From Candidatus Auribacterota bacterium (GTDB lineage Bacteria > Auribacterota > Tritonobacteria > UBA1439), in contig JAPLCX010000059.1 in the NCBI GenBank assembly GCA_026392035.1, forward strand, positions 82 through 64,081: 64,000 nucleotides of DNA, read 5' to 3'. Below the pieces are notes generated by a model. It had not been told where the DNA came from. It made no database searches and worked only from the letters and a program-made list of their open reading frames with translations. This document shows, one piece after another, positions 7,584 to 15,621 of this stretch. The number at the start of each line of letters is the position of its first letter. The first letter of the stretch is position 1. The position numbers and the translations under genes are program-made.

Positions 7584-7784
7584 TTACTCTATCGCTTCTG
7601 CAAGACGCTTGTCTGACTTGATTAGGTCATTGACGACGGAAGATAAGTCAGAATCCTTGCGCTCTGCAATTCTCTGCACGAACGAAAGATTCTCCCGATC
7701 TAGATAGACAGGCAGATTGAACTTTGCGTTTGCCCTGTAGAACTTGCCCCGCTGACCCTTGGAAAAATCGTATTCTTTCTTCAT
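7584..7784 (-). CDS. brnA: BrnA-type antitoxin (RHH-like, DUF4415-like)
   Basis: The 66-aa protein MKKEYDFSKGQRGKFYRANAKFNLPVYLD... follows BrnT by 4 nt. Confidence 0.65.
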   Translation of the reverse strand: MKKEYDFSKGQRGKFYRANAKFNLPVYLDRENLSFVQRIAERKDSDLSSVVNDLIKSDKRLAEAIE

Positions 7785-7787
7785 GTT

Positions 7788-8078
7788 CTACTCCTCATAG
7801 TGCTTCGTTTCTCTTTTTGTGGCCTTCCGGCTGGAAATTATCCGAATCCTCACCATCAGGTCATCAAGCTGGTCGTAGGTGTGATGAACAACTAGCAAGG
7901 CGCCTGTCGCAGAAATGCCAAGAGTGAGCCAGCGTTCCTCTGATTCGCCATGTTCAGAATCGAACACAGATATGGCTTTCGGGTCTCTGAACACCGTCGA
8001 GGCCAGTTCGAAGCTCACTTTGTGCTTGCGCTTGTTAGCTCTGGCCTTCTCGGGATCCCATTCGAAGTTATAGCGCAT
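7788..8078 (-). CDS. brnT: BrnT-type ribonuclease toxin (DUF497)
   Basis: MRYNFEWDPEKARANKRKHKVSFELASTVFRDP matches the DUF497/BrnT signature FEWD...K...N..KH.V.FEEA..VF.DP. Confidence 0.7.
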   Translation of the reverse strand: MRYNFEWDPEKARANKRKHKVSFELASTVFRDPKAISVFDSEHGESEERWLTLGISATGALLVVHHTYDQLDDLMVRIRIISSRKATKRETKHYEE

Positions 8079-8169
8079 TCCACCTCTCCCGATTGTAACA
8101 AGCTCTCTTCATGATAAGGCATGCCGACAGTTGGATCAATATTTCATTTTTAGCGCCGCGAACGACGGA

Positions 8170-8290
8170 ATTGAGCGGCAATCCCGCTAAGCAGGACGCG
8201 GGAAAAGAGCGAGCGCCCGGAGCGCTCGCGCATCCGCGCCGGCAAGGCGGCAGTCCCGCCCTGCGGGAGCGCCCGCTCGAATGACTTGTT
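8170..8290. repeat. structured intergenic repeat, copy 5 (degenerate right arm)
   Basis: AACGACGGAATTGAGCGGCAATCCCGCTAAGCAGGACGCGGGAAAAGAGCGAGCGCCCGGAGCGCTCGCGCATCCGCGCCGG...GCCCGCTCGAATGACTTGTTCGC. The hairpin is GCGAGCGC-CCGGA-GCGCTCGC. GCCGCGAAC occurs at both flanks. Confidence 0.6.
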
Positions 8291-8745
8291 CGCACCGCAT
8301 TTACGCCGCGAACAGCTATTTCCCAGTTCATATATTTTAGCCGAAAAATGGCCTGATGTAATCAAGACAATTCACGAATATTCCGGATAAGGAGAGATGA
8401 AAACAGGTAATTCTACTCTATCTGGGGTAGATGATTTCGGAGAGTGCGGAGTCGGCTTGATGCGTAGGAATAGTATAGAGGAGAGAAAGGGAGCGGCGGC
8501 CGGAGCTTATTCACAGCCGTACTCAATCACCCTCACCCTGACCCTCCCTTCGGCAGGCGAATTTATCCTGAGCGAAGCCGAAGGAGGGCAAGCTCCCCGT
8601 CAGGAGGGGGAGGGGATAAGAAGAAAGAAAAAAAACGGGGGGATGGCACTGCGACGTCCCCCCGCCGCGATCAGGCCCCAGCCCGGCGAAGCCAACATAG
8701 GACAGGCGTGGCCGGCTCCACTAAACGCATGGTGAGGTTGTTGAT

Positions 8746-9231
8746 TTATTCCTTTTTGTAATCCTTTTTGTGATGCTTGGGGGCAACAAATTCCCCTTGC
8801 GGATTGACGCGGACATCGATCTTTGCTTTGTCCTGAAGCATTTTCACTTTGTACACAATCTGATCGCCTTTGATTTTCTTTTCTGCCGATACGATGACAC
8901 AGCCAGCATACTTCGTGGTGACTGCCTGGGACACCTTCGACGGCAGGTCGCTTGGTTTCAGCTCTTCCTCAATTTCCAATAAGTCCCCCTGTGCCGAGTA
9001 TTCCACGTTTCGATGTGTCGAGCCATCAATTGACTCTATCTCGTACGATGTTTTCCCACGGTGTTGCTCCGTTGAGTAGTTTTTCACCGTTGCGTTCGGA
9101 TACGCCTTCTCAAACGCTGCGATGACGGCGGAGGGGACATCAGCCTTCTTGATCGTTTGCTCTTCAGCCGATATCGCCACCGTGAGTGCTACGAGAAACA
9201 GACATGTAAGAACAGCCAATGCGCATCTCAT
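8746..9231 (-). CDS. PepSY-like (DUF2874-type) periplasmic/lipoprotein with a signal peptide
   Basis: The start is at MRCALAVLTCLFLVALTVAISA, a signal peptide. Two PepSY-like repeats are present: VPSAVIAAFEKAYPNATVKNYS...YEIE and LPSKVSQAVTTKYAGCVIVSAEKKIKGDQIVYKVKM. Confidence 0.55.
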   Translation of the reverse strand: MRCALAVLTCLFLVALTVAISAEEQTIKKADVPSAVIAAFEKAYPNATVKNYSTEQHRGKTSYEIESIDGSTHRNVEYSAQGDLLEIEEELKPSDLPSKVSQAVTTKYAGCVIVSAEKKIKGDQIVYKVKMLQDKAKIDVRVNPQGEFVAPKHHKKDYKKE

Positions 9232-9346
9232 GATTCGTCCTCCCCTGGTTGTTTTCTGCCGTGTGACACGGTGCTGCCGCATCGTCAGCGGCACGGAAAT
9301 ACCGAAATTGGCTCGCGGAGCCTGTCAGTCGCGTGTACCTCGCTTG

Positions 9347-10552
9347 TCACTTCAGTGTGATCTCTCGCCCACTCTTGATGACGTGCAACGGGGCTTCGTG
9401 GTTCCAGATGGCTTCCCAGACGCTCTCCGCATTCAGGACGACGAGGTCGGCTTTGTTTCCTTCCTTGAGCCCGAACTCCTTTATCCCGAGCGCTTGGGCG
9501 GCGCGCGTGGTGATCAGGTCATAGAGAATCTCCATGTCCTGAACGGTTATCATCCACATCAGGTGGGCCGCGAGGAATGCCACTTCGAGCATGTTGTTCC
9601 GGCCGAACGGATAATACGCGTCCGCGATGTCATCCTGGCCCAGCGCGATTCCCACACCGGCATTGTAGAGATCACGCACCCGGGCGTGCAGCGGGCCCGT
9701 CTGCGGATCGCTCACGACGCCGACTCGCGCCTTCTTGAGCAGCGCTTCGATCTTTCTATAGTACGGCTCGGGATAGAGCGCCATTGCGCGGGCGTGCTGA
9801 GCCGTCACACGACCTTCCCATCCATCCTTAATCGTTCTCAGGATGAGCATCTCGAGTGTGCGCAGTCCGGGATCGCCCGCGTCATCAACCAGCATGGAGA
9901 CGCCCTTGTTGTATTCCCTTGCAAGGGCGAACATCTGGTCAATGTGCGTCTGGGAATCCGCCTCGGTATACTCGATCCAGGGGATGCCGCCGACGACGTC
10001 CGCCCCAAGATCCATCGCCTGCCTGACATAATCTTCAGCCCCGGGGTCTCTCACCACGCCGTCCTGGGGGAAAGCGACGACCTGGATTTCAACCTGGTTC
10101 TTGAACTCCTCTCTCGCCCTGAGCAGCGCCTTGACGCCTTCCAGCTTTGCCTTGGTATCCGTGTCCGCGAACGCGCGGATGTGCGTGTTGCCGAACTTGA
10201 TCGCCAGTTTCACGGCTTTGCGGACATTCTCGATGATCCATTTCTCATTATATTGGGCTTTCACACTGGCGGCCTGCTCGATGGCGGTCATCGCGCCGCC
10301 CATCGCCCCGGCGGTGTAGGAGCTGAGGGCGTCCATTCCCACCATCGACAGCGTGTACACCTTGCAGAGGTGCAGATGCCCGTTGATGAATGACTCGGTG
10401 ACAAGCTTCCCGCCCGCATCAATCTTTTTCTTTGCGTCCGCGCCGAGTTTCTGGCCGATCTTGAGGATCCGTCCATCCTTGATTCCAATATCCAGCACTT
10501 TCCCCTTTGAAAACCGCGTGCGCGCATTCTTGATGCGCAGGTCAAACTTCAT
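9347..10552 (-). CDS. amidohydrolase-superfamily deaminase (cytosine deaminase-like)
   Basis: The metal-binding motif HxH is present as ESFINGHLHLCK. The length and the C-terminal ADLVVLNAESV match the amidohydrolase_1 / CodA-like family. The start is at MKFDLRIKNA. Confidence 0.6.
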   Translation of the reverse strand: MKFDLRIKNARTRFSKGKVLDIGIKDGRILKIGQKLGADAKKKIDAGGKLVTESFINGHLHLCKVYTLSMVGMDALSSYTAGAMGGAMTAIEQAASVKAQYNEKWIIENVRKAVKLAIKFGNTHIRAFADTDTKAKLEGVKALLRAREEFKNQVEIQVVAFPQDGVVRDPGAEDYVRQAMDLGADVVGGIPWIEYTEADSQTHIDQMFALAREYNKGVSMLVDDAGDPGLRTLEMLILRTIKDGWEGRVTAQHARAMALYPEPYYRKIEALLKKARVGVVSDPQTGPLHARVRDLYNAGVGIALGQDDIADAYYPFGRNNMLEVAFLAAHLMWMITVQDMEILYDLITTRAAQALGIKEFGLKEGNKADLVVLNAESVWEAIWNHEAPLHVIKSGREITLK

Positions 10553-10651
10553 TGTGGTCTCCTTTTCTGTAGCTGCCTGTTGCAACAGGTTTCTAAAGAG
10601 CTTTTCTACGCTATATTTATGTAGAGCCCCAGTATATACGGGTTAGGCAAT

Positions 10652-10858
10652 TTAATTCCTTAGATAAAATGGCAAAAGCATCAATGCTATTCCAATTGTA
10701 ATAACCAGGATCGTATTGGATATAAAATATTGATACGCACAGAGCGCTACACCGCAGATGAGCGCAACGGCTTGTTGCTGTTTTTTGCCATAGACAATAT
10801 ACCCCATGCCGATGGCGCTGAATATGACTGCAAGAAGGATATTTGTTGTTGAATCCAT
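10652..10858 (-). CDS. small membrane protein (two predicted TM helices)
   Basis: The 68-aa hydrophobic ORF reads LLAVIFSAIGMGYIVYG...ILVITIGIALMLLPFY. Confidence 0.4.
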   Translation of the reverse strand: MDSTTNILLAVIFSAIGMGYIVYGKKQQQAVALICGVALCAYQYFISNTILVITIGIALMLLPFYLRN

Positions 10859-10864
10859 TAGTGA

Positions 10865-11137
10865 TTATATGCCTATGCCGCTCAAGGCGTCTATCACTCG
10901 CCCCACGGCGAGCGTCAGCGGAAGGTGTGATTCTTCGAAATGCCGGGCAGATTCCCTGAGCCGCTCGAGGAACTGCTGGTGTCGATGCGATGGAATCTCT
11001 CCATGTTCCTCAATAAGCGCCTCGATCTCGTTCAGCACGCTCTGGATGCGCGCTCGAACGCGGGCATCGATTGATGGTGTGTTTTCGAGTTCTGCGCGGA
11101 GTTCTTGAATTGTTTCATGAAGCTGTCGTTCCTTCAT
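10865..11137 (-). CDS. hypothetical protein (DUF4404-like, 90 aa)
   Basis: Intact ORF with a helical, charged sequence. The family assignment is from memory only. Confidence 0.4.
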   Translation of the reverse strand: MKERQLHETIQELRAELENTPSIDARVRARIQSVLNEIEALIEEHGEIPSHRHQQFLERLRESARHFEESHLPLTLAVGRVIDALSGIGI

Positions 11138-11233
11138 AATGTTTTTCCTTTCTTAATTCGGTTTCTGGCAGGAGATTATTTGATGATATTAGTAAGCTGC
11201 AATCGTACAAAGTCCTAATGTGTTGCGTCGCGA

Positions 11234-11674
11234 TCACTCTCCTATCTCAAGTCTGAAGGCTACAAGTGTCTGATTCACGTCTTTGATAAAAGCGATGAGA
11301 GATACTATTAACGACAACATGCATCCGATAAAAAGGGCAATGATCAGCCACGCACCTTCACATTGGAGCAGCACGATGAAAAACAGCATGATGATCAGGA
11401 CCGCGGCCAGGAGCAGGCTGATCGAGGCGAGCATGATGGACAGCCGGATTAGGCGCGCTCTTTTCGATAGTATTTTAAGCTGGGCGTGAATAGCTTCCCG
11501 ATGTGCGCCAGGCACCTCGCGAAGTTCTCGCCACAGGAACCTTGAGCGGTCGACGACTCGCCCAAGGCGGTTTGTCATGGTGAGGAGAAGGAGTGCCACT
11601 CCCGAAACGAGAATAACCGGGCCGATTGCTGTCTGAAGGATCGGTATGAATTCACTGACAGAGATATTTGTCAT
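11234..11674 (-). CDS. membrane protein (DUF2721-like)
   Basis: The start is MTNISVSEFIPILQTAIGPVILVSGVALLL... Two hydrophobic blocks flank RLGRVVDRSRFLWREL, which is the pattern seen in DUF2721. Confidence 0.45.
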   Translation of the reverse strand: MTNISVSEFIPILQTAIGPVILVSGVALLLLTMTNRLGRVVDRSRFLWRELREVPGAHREAIHAQLKILSKRARLIRLSIMLASISLLLAAVLIIMLFFIVLLQCEGAWLIIALFIGCMLSLIVSLIAFIKDVNQTLVAFRLEIGE

Positions 11675-11757
11675 ATATACTCCCTCCACGGCATCAGGTA
11701 ATGTCAAAAGATATTGTAAAGCAACCACAGATTTCTCTGATTATTTACGCCTTTTCC

Positions 11758-11898
11758 GAGTAAATCAGTGGTGATTCATCTGTGGTAACATCCGTATAAT
11801 TAAGCCGCTGTATAGAAATTCTTTTCTTTCTCCATTTACCACAGATTTATTCACCACAGATTGGCGCAAACTTCCTCCCCCCCCCAAAAAATCTTCAC
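11758..11898. repeat. 141-bp repeat A; a perfect inverse-orientation copy lies at 48916-49056. It contains several ACCACAGAT motifs, a TATAAT hexamer and a C9 homopolymer.
   Basis: GAGTAAATCAGTGGTGATTCATCTGTGGTAACATCCGTATAATTAAGCCGC...TTTACCACAGATTTATTCACCACAGATTGGCGCAAACTTCCTCCCCCCCCCAAAAAATCTTCAC is identical to the reverse complement of 48916-49056. An extra CAACCACAGATT motif lies at 11723. Confidence 0.8.
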
Positions 11899-11977
11899 CA
11901 TCACGCAAGACTCACCCATCGAGGGCCAATAGCCCAAAGATCTCGCGCAAAGAGAGCGACCCGGCGTCAGATGTTTC

Positions 11978-12400
11978 TCAAGTCGGGTGCTGCACGGGGT
12001 CAGGTCGAGGGCGTACTATTCTAACGAATAACGGCAAAGATTTTTCGGATTTGCCGTCTATAGCCAGGTCTATTGAATACTGGCCCGCTTTTTCGATCTT
12101 GAAATTATGAATGTTTAAAATTAAATTGCTCACCACATAGTGCTGTTCTTCTTTAAATTTAATCTCCACGTTAGCGTTAAGACTCGGGAGAATAGGCTTT
12201 CCATCTTCATCGACGAAGTTGATTTTTATTCTATGTCCTCCCTCTTCTATTTGGCTGAATCGTATTCTCAGTGCGACTGAACACTGAGGATGTATCACGG
12301 GGAACTTCTGGGCATACAGGCAGTCAAATGCGCCTAATATATTGAGTTTTCCGCCGGTTTCCGTAGCCGCATCACAAAGGGCGAAGACTTCTATATCCAT
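11978..12400 (-). CDS. hypothetical protein (140 aa)
   Basis: Intact ORF MDIEVFALCDAATETGGKLNILGAFDCLYA... with no recognisable motif. Confidence 0.45.
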   Translation of the reverse strand: MDIEVFALCDAATETGGKLNILGAFDCLYAQKFPVIHPQCSVALRIRFSQIEEGGHRIKINFVDEDGKPILPSLNANVEIKFKEEQHYVVSNLILNIHNFKIEKAGQYSIDLAIDGKSEKSLPLFVRIVRPRPDPVQHPT

Positions 12401-12516
12401 AGAATTACCTCCAGTCTGTTAAAAAGGTCTTATATGAAGCTCACCAGTCCCCAAACACTTTTTTGGTCGGAGGCTGCGGGTGTTCATGCGCTACGATATG
12501 ATAAATCGACCGCCAT

Positions 12517-12852
12517 CTAATTTGAGTCATGACCACGACCTGATAATTCCCTGTTGAGGGAAAAATTTAAAACTGTTCTTATCGCAACTATTGCGCCCAG
12601 GACTATTATCTCATTTAAGCTCGGTTTAACAATAGTATTCACGATGTCTGCTGCGATTAAGAACTCCAGCCCCAGTAAAAGATAGGAGCCGAGATGGTGT
12701 CTTACTATCTCTCTGTTCCGGCATTTATCTACTCCTTTTAGCCTATTAGATTCCACTACTATGAATTCAATCAAGCTTGATAAAACACCCCATACGATAA
12801 TCGAAACGCCTATAAGCCCTATTCCCAGCGTTAGAAAATGCAATATCCTCAT
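12517..12852 (-). CDS. membrane protein (DUF1622-like)
   Basis: The 111-aa protein has hydrophobic helices (ILHFLTLGIGLIGVSIIVWGV, YLLLGLEFLIAADIV). Confidence 0.45.
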   Translation of the reverse strand: MRILHFLTLGIGLIGVSIIVWGVLSSLIEFIVVESNRLKGVDKCRNREIVRHHLGSYLLLGLEFLIAADIVNTIVKPSLNEIIVLGAIVAIRTVLNFSLNRELSGRGHDSN

Positions 12853-12939
12853 TTATAGCCTCCCTCTGATAACCGGAGATACATGAATGAATCCCTGACT
12901 ATGCCCCCCCTCGGCAGAGTCCCCTGCGACTTGGCCTGC

Positions 12940-13398
12940 TCATTCGCTCCCGGCTATCTTCCGTGTGCGATACCCCTCATAATCAGTTACCAGACGATCA
13001 TATTCTCCATCCATTAAGGGGGATGAGATCATGAAATCAGCGGAAGCCCGATTGCAGGCAATCGGGATGTTCCACACCACCGCCATCCGCAGGAGCGCCT
13101 TGACGTCGGGATCATGGGGCATCGGTTCGAGCGGATCCCGGAAAAAGATCAGGAAATCGATCTCGCCATCGGTGATCTTTGCGCCGATTTGCTGATCACC
13201 GCCCAATGGTCCGCTCTGGAGTTTCGTGACTTTGAAGCCAAGTTCGCGTTCCGGCATCTCGCCGGTGGCATACACTTTATGGTGCGCCAGGAGATCGCGG
13301 TTGAATTTGGCCCACTCCACCAGAGCCCCTTTCTTATTGTCATGCGCGACAATGGCAATCTTCTTATCATGTTTCATAGCGATTTTTTTATCAGCCAT
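12940..13398 (-). CDS. mgsA: methylglyoxal synthase
   Basis: IAIVAHDNKK...YATGEMPERELG...LQSGPLGGDQQIGAKITDGEIDFLIFFRDPLEPMPHDPDVKALLRMAVVWNIPIACNRASADF is close to E. coli MgsA. Confidence 0.85.
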   Translation of the reverse strand: MADKKIAMKHDKKIAIVAHDNKKGALVEWAKFNRDLLAHHKVYATGEMPERELGFKVTKLQSGPLGGDQQIGAKITDGEIDFLIFFRDPLEPMPHDPDVKALLRMAVVWNIPIACNRASADFMISSPLMDGEYDRLVTDYEGYRTRKIAGSE

Positions 13399-13921
13399 AT
13401 GATTTCTTCAGTCCTTTCTCCGCAGCGGCGGAACTACCCTGACCGTGTGGCACCAATGCAAACGGTTATGTTTCACTCCGCCTACGCACACCATCGCTTT
13501 AAAAAGGCCGCTCAAGACACATTAGACATACCAGGTTATTGAACATTTTACAGAGATCTCAATGCCCCGGCAATATTATTTGTTATTATCAAAGGGGTTA
13601 TGTCATAATTGAAATCACACCTCCTACTACAGAATTTCTCGGGCACACACACCGCGAGACGACAATAAGTTAAACACATATCAAGAGTGTAGGGGAGTAA
13701 GAAGCCTACTGGGCACGTTGGAATAATCAAACAGAGGAAAAGGTCGTAGACGTTATATGTCGTCCTATCTCTAAGAAAAGATTGCAGACAAATTCATTCC
13801 CCAGGGATGAATTAAGATTCAACCCGTTCGCATTGCGGCGGTTAGATAAAACGTCTACAACTTACTGGAGCATCTATGGAAAATTCTAATTAAAACTGTT
13901 AAAATTATAGGTGAAAATGTT

Positions 13922-14223
13922 ATGAACGCTCAAATGCGTATTGATCGGAAAAAATCGCCGAATTCTGCAAGCATCACCACATTCGCAAGTTATCATTATT
14001 CGGCTCAGTGTTGGAGCAAGGCTTCAGACCGGACAGCGATGTGGACATGCTCGTGGAATTTGATGCGGGGGTAACCGTTGGCCTTATAAACCTTGCAGGG
14101 ATGGAAATTGAGCTGTCGAAGATTCTCGGTCGGAAGGTTGACTTAAGAACCCCCGCAGAATTAAGCCGATACTTCAGGCAGGAGGTTTTGCGGTCGGCGG
14201 AGGTGCAATATGCGCAAGGATGA
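13922..14223 (+). pseudogene. nucleotidyltransferase (MNT-type antitoxin of a HEPN/MNT module), disrupted by a 1-nt frameshift in an A6 run
   Basis: ATG at 13922 gives [11 protein letters not shown]. After the run cggAAAAAAtcg the reading frame shifts, and the +1 frame continues [36 protein letters not shown] (the GSxxRG...DxD nucleotidyltransferase core). One extra A would restore a single ORF. The ORF track sees only the GTG-initiated C-terminal part, 14008-14223. Confidence 0.55.
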
Positions 14224-14558
14224 TACTGTGCGCATGCGACATATGCTAGATGCCGCCCGGGAGGCTACCGCCTTTACCCAAAACAAAGCAAGAAGCGATC
14301 TGCAGGGCAACCGTATGCGTGCACTCTCTTTAGTCAGGTTAATCGAGATTATCGGCGAAGCTGCATCGAAGGTCGGTCGGGAAAGTCAGCAGCGCTACGC
14401 CTCAGTTCATGGGCAAGCATCATCGCTATGAGAAACCGCCTTATCCACGCGTACTTTGATGTTGACCTTGATCGCCTCTGGGACACCATTAAAGCAGATC
14501 TGCCTCCACTTATAGCTGAACTAGAAAAGGCCCTACCACCCCCCAGCCCCTCAGTATG
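14210..14558 (+). pseudogene. HepT/HEPN (DUF86) toxin, disrupted by a 1-nt deletion
   Basis: [55 protein letters not shown]...QQRY is followed by a premature stop at 14431. The -1 frame continues WASIIAMRNRLIHAYFDVDLDRLWDTIKADLPPL, which carries the HEPN R-x4-HxY motif. It overlaps the MNT stop, as is typical for these modules. Confidence 0.55.
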
Positions 14559-14627
14559 AATTATGTGTATATCAAATCCGGCATACAATTTGTGCCGGAA
14601 AGAGGGGTATATCTGGAGAATACAAAA

Positions 14628-15482
14628 ATGACCAAGATTGACCCGGCAATAGTGAAAGATGTCGTCACGAGGGCGCTGGAGGAGGATATAGGCTCCGGGG
14701 ATATCACCACGCTCGCGCTCGTGCCGGCAACCGAGGAGGTGGAGGCTGAGATCACCGCGAAAGAGGACTGCGTTGTTGCAGGGCTCCCGGTTGCCGAAGC
14801 GGTATTCGAGCATCTCGACGTCCGCGTGAAATTCGAGGCGCGTGTGCAGGACGGCGAAAAAGCAGCGGCAGGCGGGATGCTCGCGGCCGTGACCGGCCCC
14901 GCAATGGCGATTCTCATGGGCGAGCGCACCGCACTCAATTTCCTCCAGCACCTCTCCGGGATCGCGACGCTCACGAGGAAGTTCGTGGATCTCACGAAGG
15001 ATACCGGTGCGACCATCCTCGACACGCGGAAGACGATGCCCGGTCTCCGCCATATGGAGAAATACGCCGTAAGCGCAGGCGGAGGCATCAACCACCGGAT
15101 GGGGCTCTTCGATCGTGTGCTCATCAAGGACAATCATCTCCGGATCCAGGAGCGCTACAGTGCCGACGCAATAGCCAGGGCGGTGGCGCTGGCGAGAGAG
15201 AAGAATCAGGGCGCGCCCGTGGAAGTCGAGGCGGGCAGCCTCGATGCGGTGGAGGCGGCAGTGAACGCCGGGGCGAACTGCATCCTGCTCGACAATATGA
15301 CCCCCGACGAGCTCCGCGAGGCGGTCGAACTGATCGCGGGGAGGGCAGCAACAGAGGCATCAGGCGGCATCACCCTCGACAGTGTGAGGGAGGTCGCACT
15401 CACCGGCGTTCAATTCATATCTATAGGTCGCCTGACGCACTCTGCCAGGGCCATTGACATAAGCCTGAAAATAGTACGGTAG
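14628..15482 (+). CDS. nadC: nicotinate-nucleotide pyrophosphorylase (quinolinate phosphoribosyltransferase)
   Basis: ILDTRKTMPGLRHMEKYAVSAGGGINHRMGLFDRVLIKDNH is the QPRTase signature. The start is chosen at MTKIDP, which follows GGAGAA. Confidence 0.85.
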   Translation: MTKIDPAIVKDVVTRALEEDIGSGDITTLALVPATEEVEAEITAKEDCVVAGLPVAEAVFEHLDVRVKFEARVQDGEKAAAGGMLAAVTGPAMAILMGERTALNFLQHLSGIATLTRKFVDLTKDTGATILDTRKTMPGLRHMEKYAVSAGGGINHRMGLFDRVLIKDNHLRIQERYSADAIARAVALAREKNQGAPVEVEAGSLDAVEAAVNAGANCILLDNMTPDELREAVELIAGRAATEASGGITLDSVREVALTGVQFISIGRLTHSARAIDISLKIVR

Positions 15483-15621
15483 CAGACGGGCTCCGCGAAG
15501 GGCGTCAGCAAGGATTCGGTTGTGGTGGCGTGCCGCCGCCCATGTGCTCTTTGCATATGCAATTATCGTTCTATTTATTACTGTGTCGATCAAGAATGAC
15601 GTGCTGGTAAAAGAAACTGCG

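Noticed and set aside
1955-8290. Repeat family as a CRISPR array
   Set aside because: The units are 100-140 bp and irregularly spaced, from 0.7 to 2.5 kb apart. They are separated by full genes, and there are no cas genes. This is not CRISPR.
8397-8735. 112-aa ORF MKTGNSTLSGVDDFGECGVGL...
   Set aside because: Low-complexity GC-rich translation with no start context and no motif. The region is more plausibly non-coding structured DNA.
8300-8745. Integron integrase expected adjacent to the cassette array
   Set aside because: No tyrosine-recombinase ORF exists in any frame between 8.3 and 8.75 kb or further right. The array is therefore at best a CALIN, and the integron interpretation stays a hypothesis.
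14349-15137. 262-aa minus-strand ORF
   Set aside because: It is antisense to nadC, which has clear family motifs. This is a typical high-GC shadow ORF. The same applies to the many antisense ORFs inside alaS, recA, hisD, trpB, M16 and the SNF2 gene.
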